64,000 bases of DNA from Candidatus Poribacteria bacterium. GTDB lineage: Bacteria; Poribacteria; WGA-4E; PCPOR2b. The translations under genes were made by a program, and so were the position numbers. The notes beneath the pieces are model-generated. The model did not search any database. It was given only the letters and a program-made list of their open reading frames with translations, and had not been told where the DNA came from. This document shows, in pieces, positions 62,622 through 64,000 of this stretch (its first letter is position 1; every line of letters begins with the position of its first letter). The stretch spans positions 3,360,001 to 3,424,000 of the forward strand of contig OZ244042.1 in NCBI GenBank assembly GCA_965215015.1, written 5' to 3'.

Positions 62622-62729
62622 GGGACATAAAGCGTGATGTGTCGGACGCAATGAGTAATCGAACTATCCCAATCAGATCGGGATTCAGGGCAGCTTGACT
62701 GTCTGAACTGTTACAAAATTCTGTTATTT

Positions 62730-64000
62730 TTACTCGACCGTTTCATCAGGATCATCAGCAGAAAGGTCCTCGCCTCGATGGAGGCGGAGTGCTAGATTTG
62801 CTGTCTGTCGTAAGGCACGGGCGGTCGGTGCGTGTGCTGCTAAGTACCGGGCGGCCGCAACTAGCGTCATCTGAGTGTGCTCTTCATCCAACTCCTCTAT
62901 TTGATGGACCGCAGCTTCAAGCATCTGGAAGGAGTGAAACTCGGCGTCTTCGCGCAACAGGACGTGCCCCAGTTTCTGGATGACCGCGGCGCGGGGATGC
63001 CCCAGTGAAAGGTAGCGGTAAACATACATGCCTGCCTCATCCACTTTGGCTTGCGTGTTAAGAAGGTTCACAAAGCCATCGAGCAGTTCATCTGCGTTTG
63101 TTGGAAGCGTATTGGTCTCCCGTCGATGTTGTGGCAGCCGTGCGGCCGGCATGTTGAACCAGCGATCAAAGTAGATTGCCACCGCGCCATGAAAAATACC
63201 GCGGGCAAGTTCTAGCGATGGAGCACGCTTTGCACACTGATGAAGGGCATTGGCGTAGGTGTAGGTGTGCAGCACAGCGATCCAGTCGCCGAACTCGTTT
63301 TTTGTGTGGAAACGAGCGATTCGCATCGCCGCCGCGTAGGCAAGTGTCTGTGTCAATTCGGTCAGCGTCGCCCCCTCCTTGAATGCCGCCTTAAGTGCGC
63401 CCACCGTGGCCAAGGGATTGTCGCCTAGCAAGACTTCGACGAGCTGTTCAGCACCATCCCACTGTTGACCTGCACCCTCGGGCACAAGTGCTTCCAATTC
63501 TTCAAATGCATCATTGAGCAAGGGAACAAAATCTATCGGACTGCGCCACCGATTCTGTTCTTCAGCCCGCGATGAACCCGCGAGGCCACTGGCGAGTGTT
63601 GGCAGAATTTCACTTGCCTTATCCCAACCGATACGCTCTAGCAGTTCAAAGCTCTTATTGATAAAATCGAGTATGTGTCCACCATCCCGGTAGAAGTGAT
63701 CCGTCGCTGCGGCGACCATCATATCGCAGACCTGTGCAGGCGTTCCTCCGGACGAAATCGCTGTCAGCAGCGTACGCTCAGCTCCGTCAGCGTTGCGGAC
63801 TTCAATGAAATATCGGAACCATTCTTTCAGGCGTTCAATCGAGTGCTTATCTGTTTCTAGAGGCATGAGTTCTACACGCGGCGGGGAAGCCGCTACCTCT
63901 TGTGAAACATGGAGTAACCCTTGATAGAGTGCAAGAACCCTATCTTCTTCTGTAAGTTGTGGAACGACATTTGCCATTGCTGTGAGGATGGTCAGTCCCG
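62730..64000 (-). CDS. All-helical conserved protein, 5'-truncated (likely the C-terminal part of a Rieske-domain protein)
   Basis: Frame is open to the window edge (GLTILTAMAN); ATDH...GGH.LDF.NK, RIARFH, LLREDAEFH..Q, AARYLAAH.PT. Confidence 0.65.
   Translation of the reverse strand, partial: GLTILTAMANVVPQLTEEDRVLALYQGLLHVSQEVAASPPRVELMPLETDKHSIERLKEWFRYFIEVRNADGAERTLLTAISSGGTPAQVCDMMVAAATDHFYRDGGHILDFINKSFELLERIGWDKASEILPTLASGLAGSSRAEEQNRWRSPIDFVPLLNDAFEELEALVPEGAGQQWDGAEQLVEVLLGDNPLATVGALKAAFKEGATLTELTQTLAYAAAMRIARFHTKNEFGDWIAVLHTYTYANALHQCAKRAPSLELARGIFHGAVAIYFDRWFNMPAARLPQHRRETNTLPTNADELLDGFVNLLNTQAKVDEAGMYVYRYLSLGHPRAAVIQKLGHVLLREDAEFHSFQMLEAAVHQIEELDEEHTQMTLVAAARYLAAHAPTARALRQTANLALRLHRGEDLSADDPDETVE

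Overview
Bacterial chromosomal window of roughly 50% GC, most likely Candidatus Poribacteria. This assignment is an inference from a C-terminal 'AVxP..xATTWGxIK' motif, a DUF6785-type membrane protein, many enolase-superfamily and sugar-isomerase paralogues, and the short repeat families present. Housekeeping blocks: tRNA-Pro(GGG)-hom-thrC-lysC-yceD-rpmF-fabH-fabD-fabG, soxBDAG, purF-purM, tatAC, bioA and a frameshifted ackA. The most unusual content is a restriction-modification-like locus. One PLD-nuclease/SNF2-helicase fusion is followed by two tandem adenine-methyltransferase genes that are near-identical up to the NPPY motif and then carry unrelated specificity regions. A third, distant methyltransferase of the same class sits 22 kb away between an 11 x 100-bp tandem array and a modular REP array. 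Throughout the window, REP/MITE-like elements mark the junctions of head-to-tail duplications from 36 bp to 3.9 kb, which suggests an element-driven local duplication process. Also notable is a ferredoxin-membrane-alpha-crystallin-like fusion protein. All calls come from reading motifs by eye; no database searches were run.
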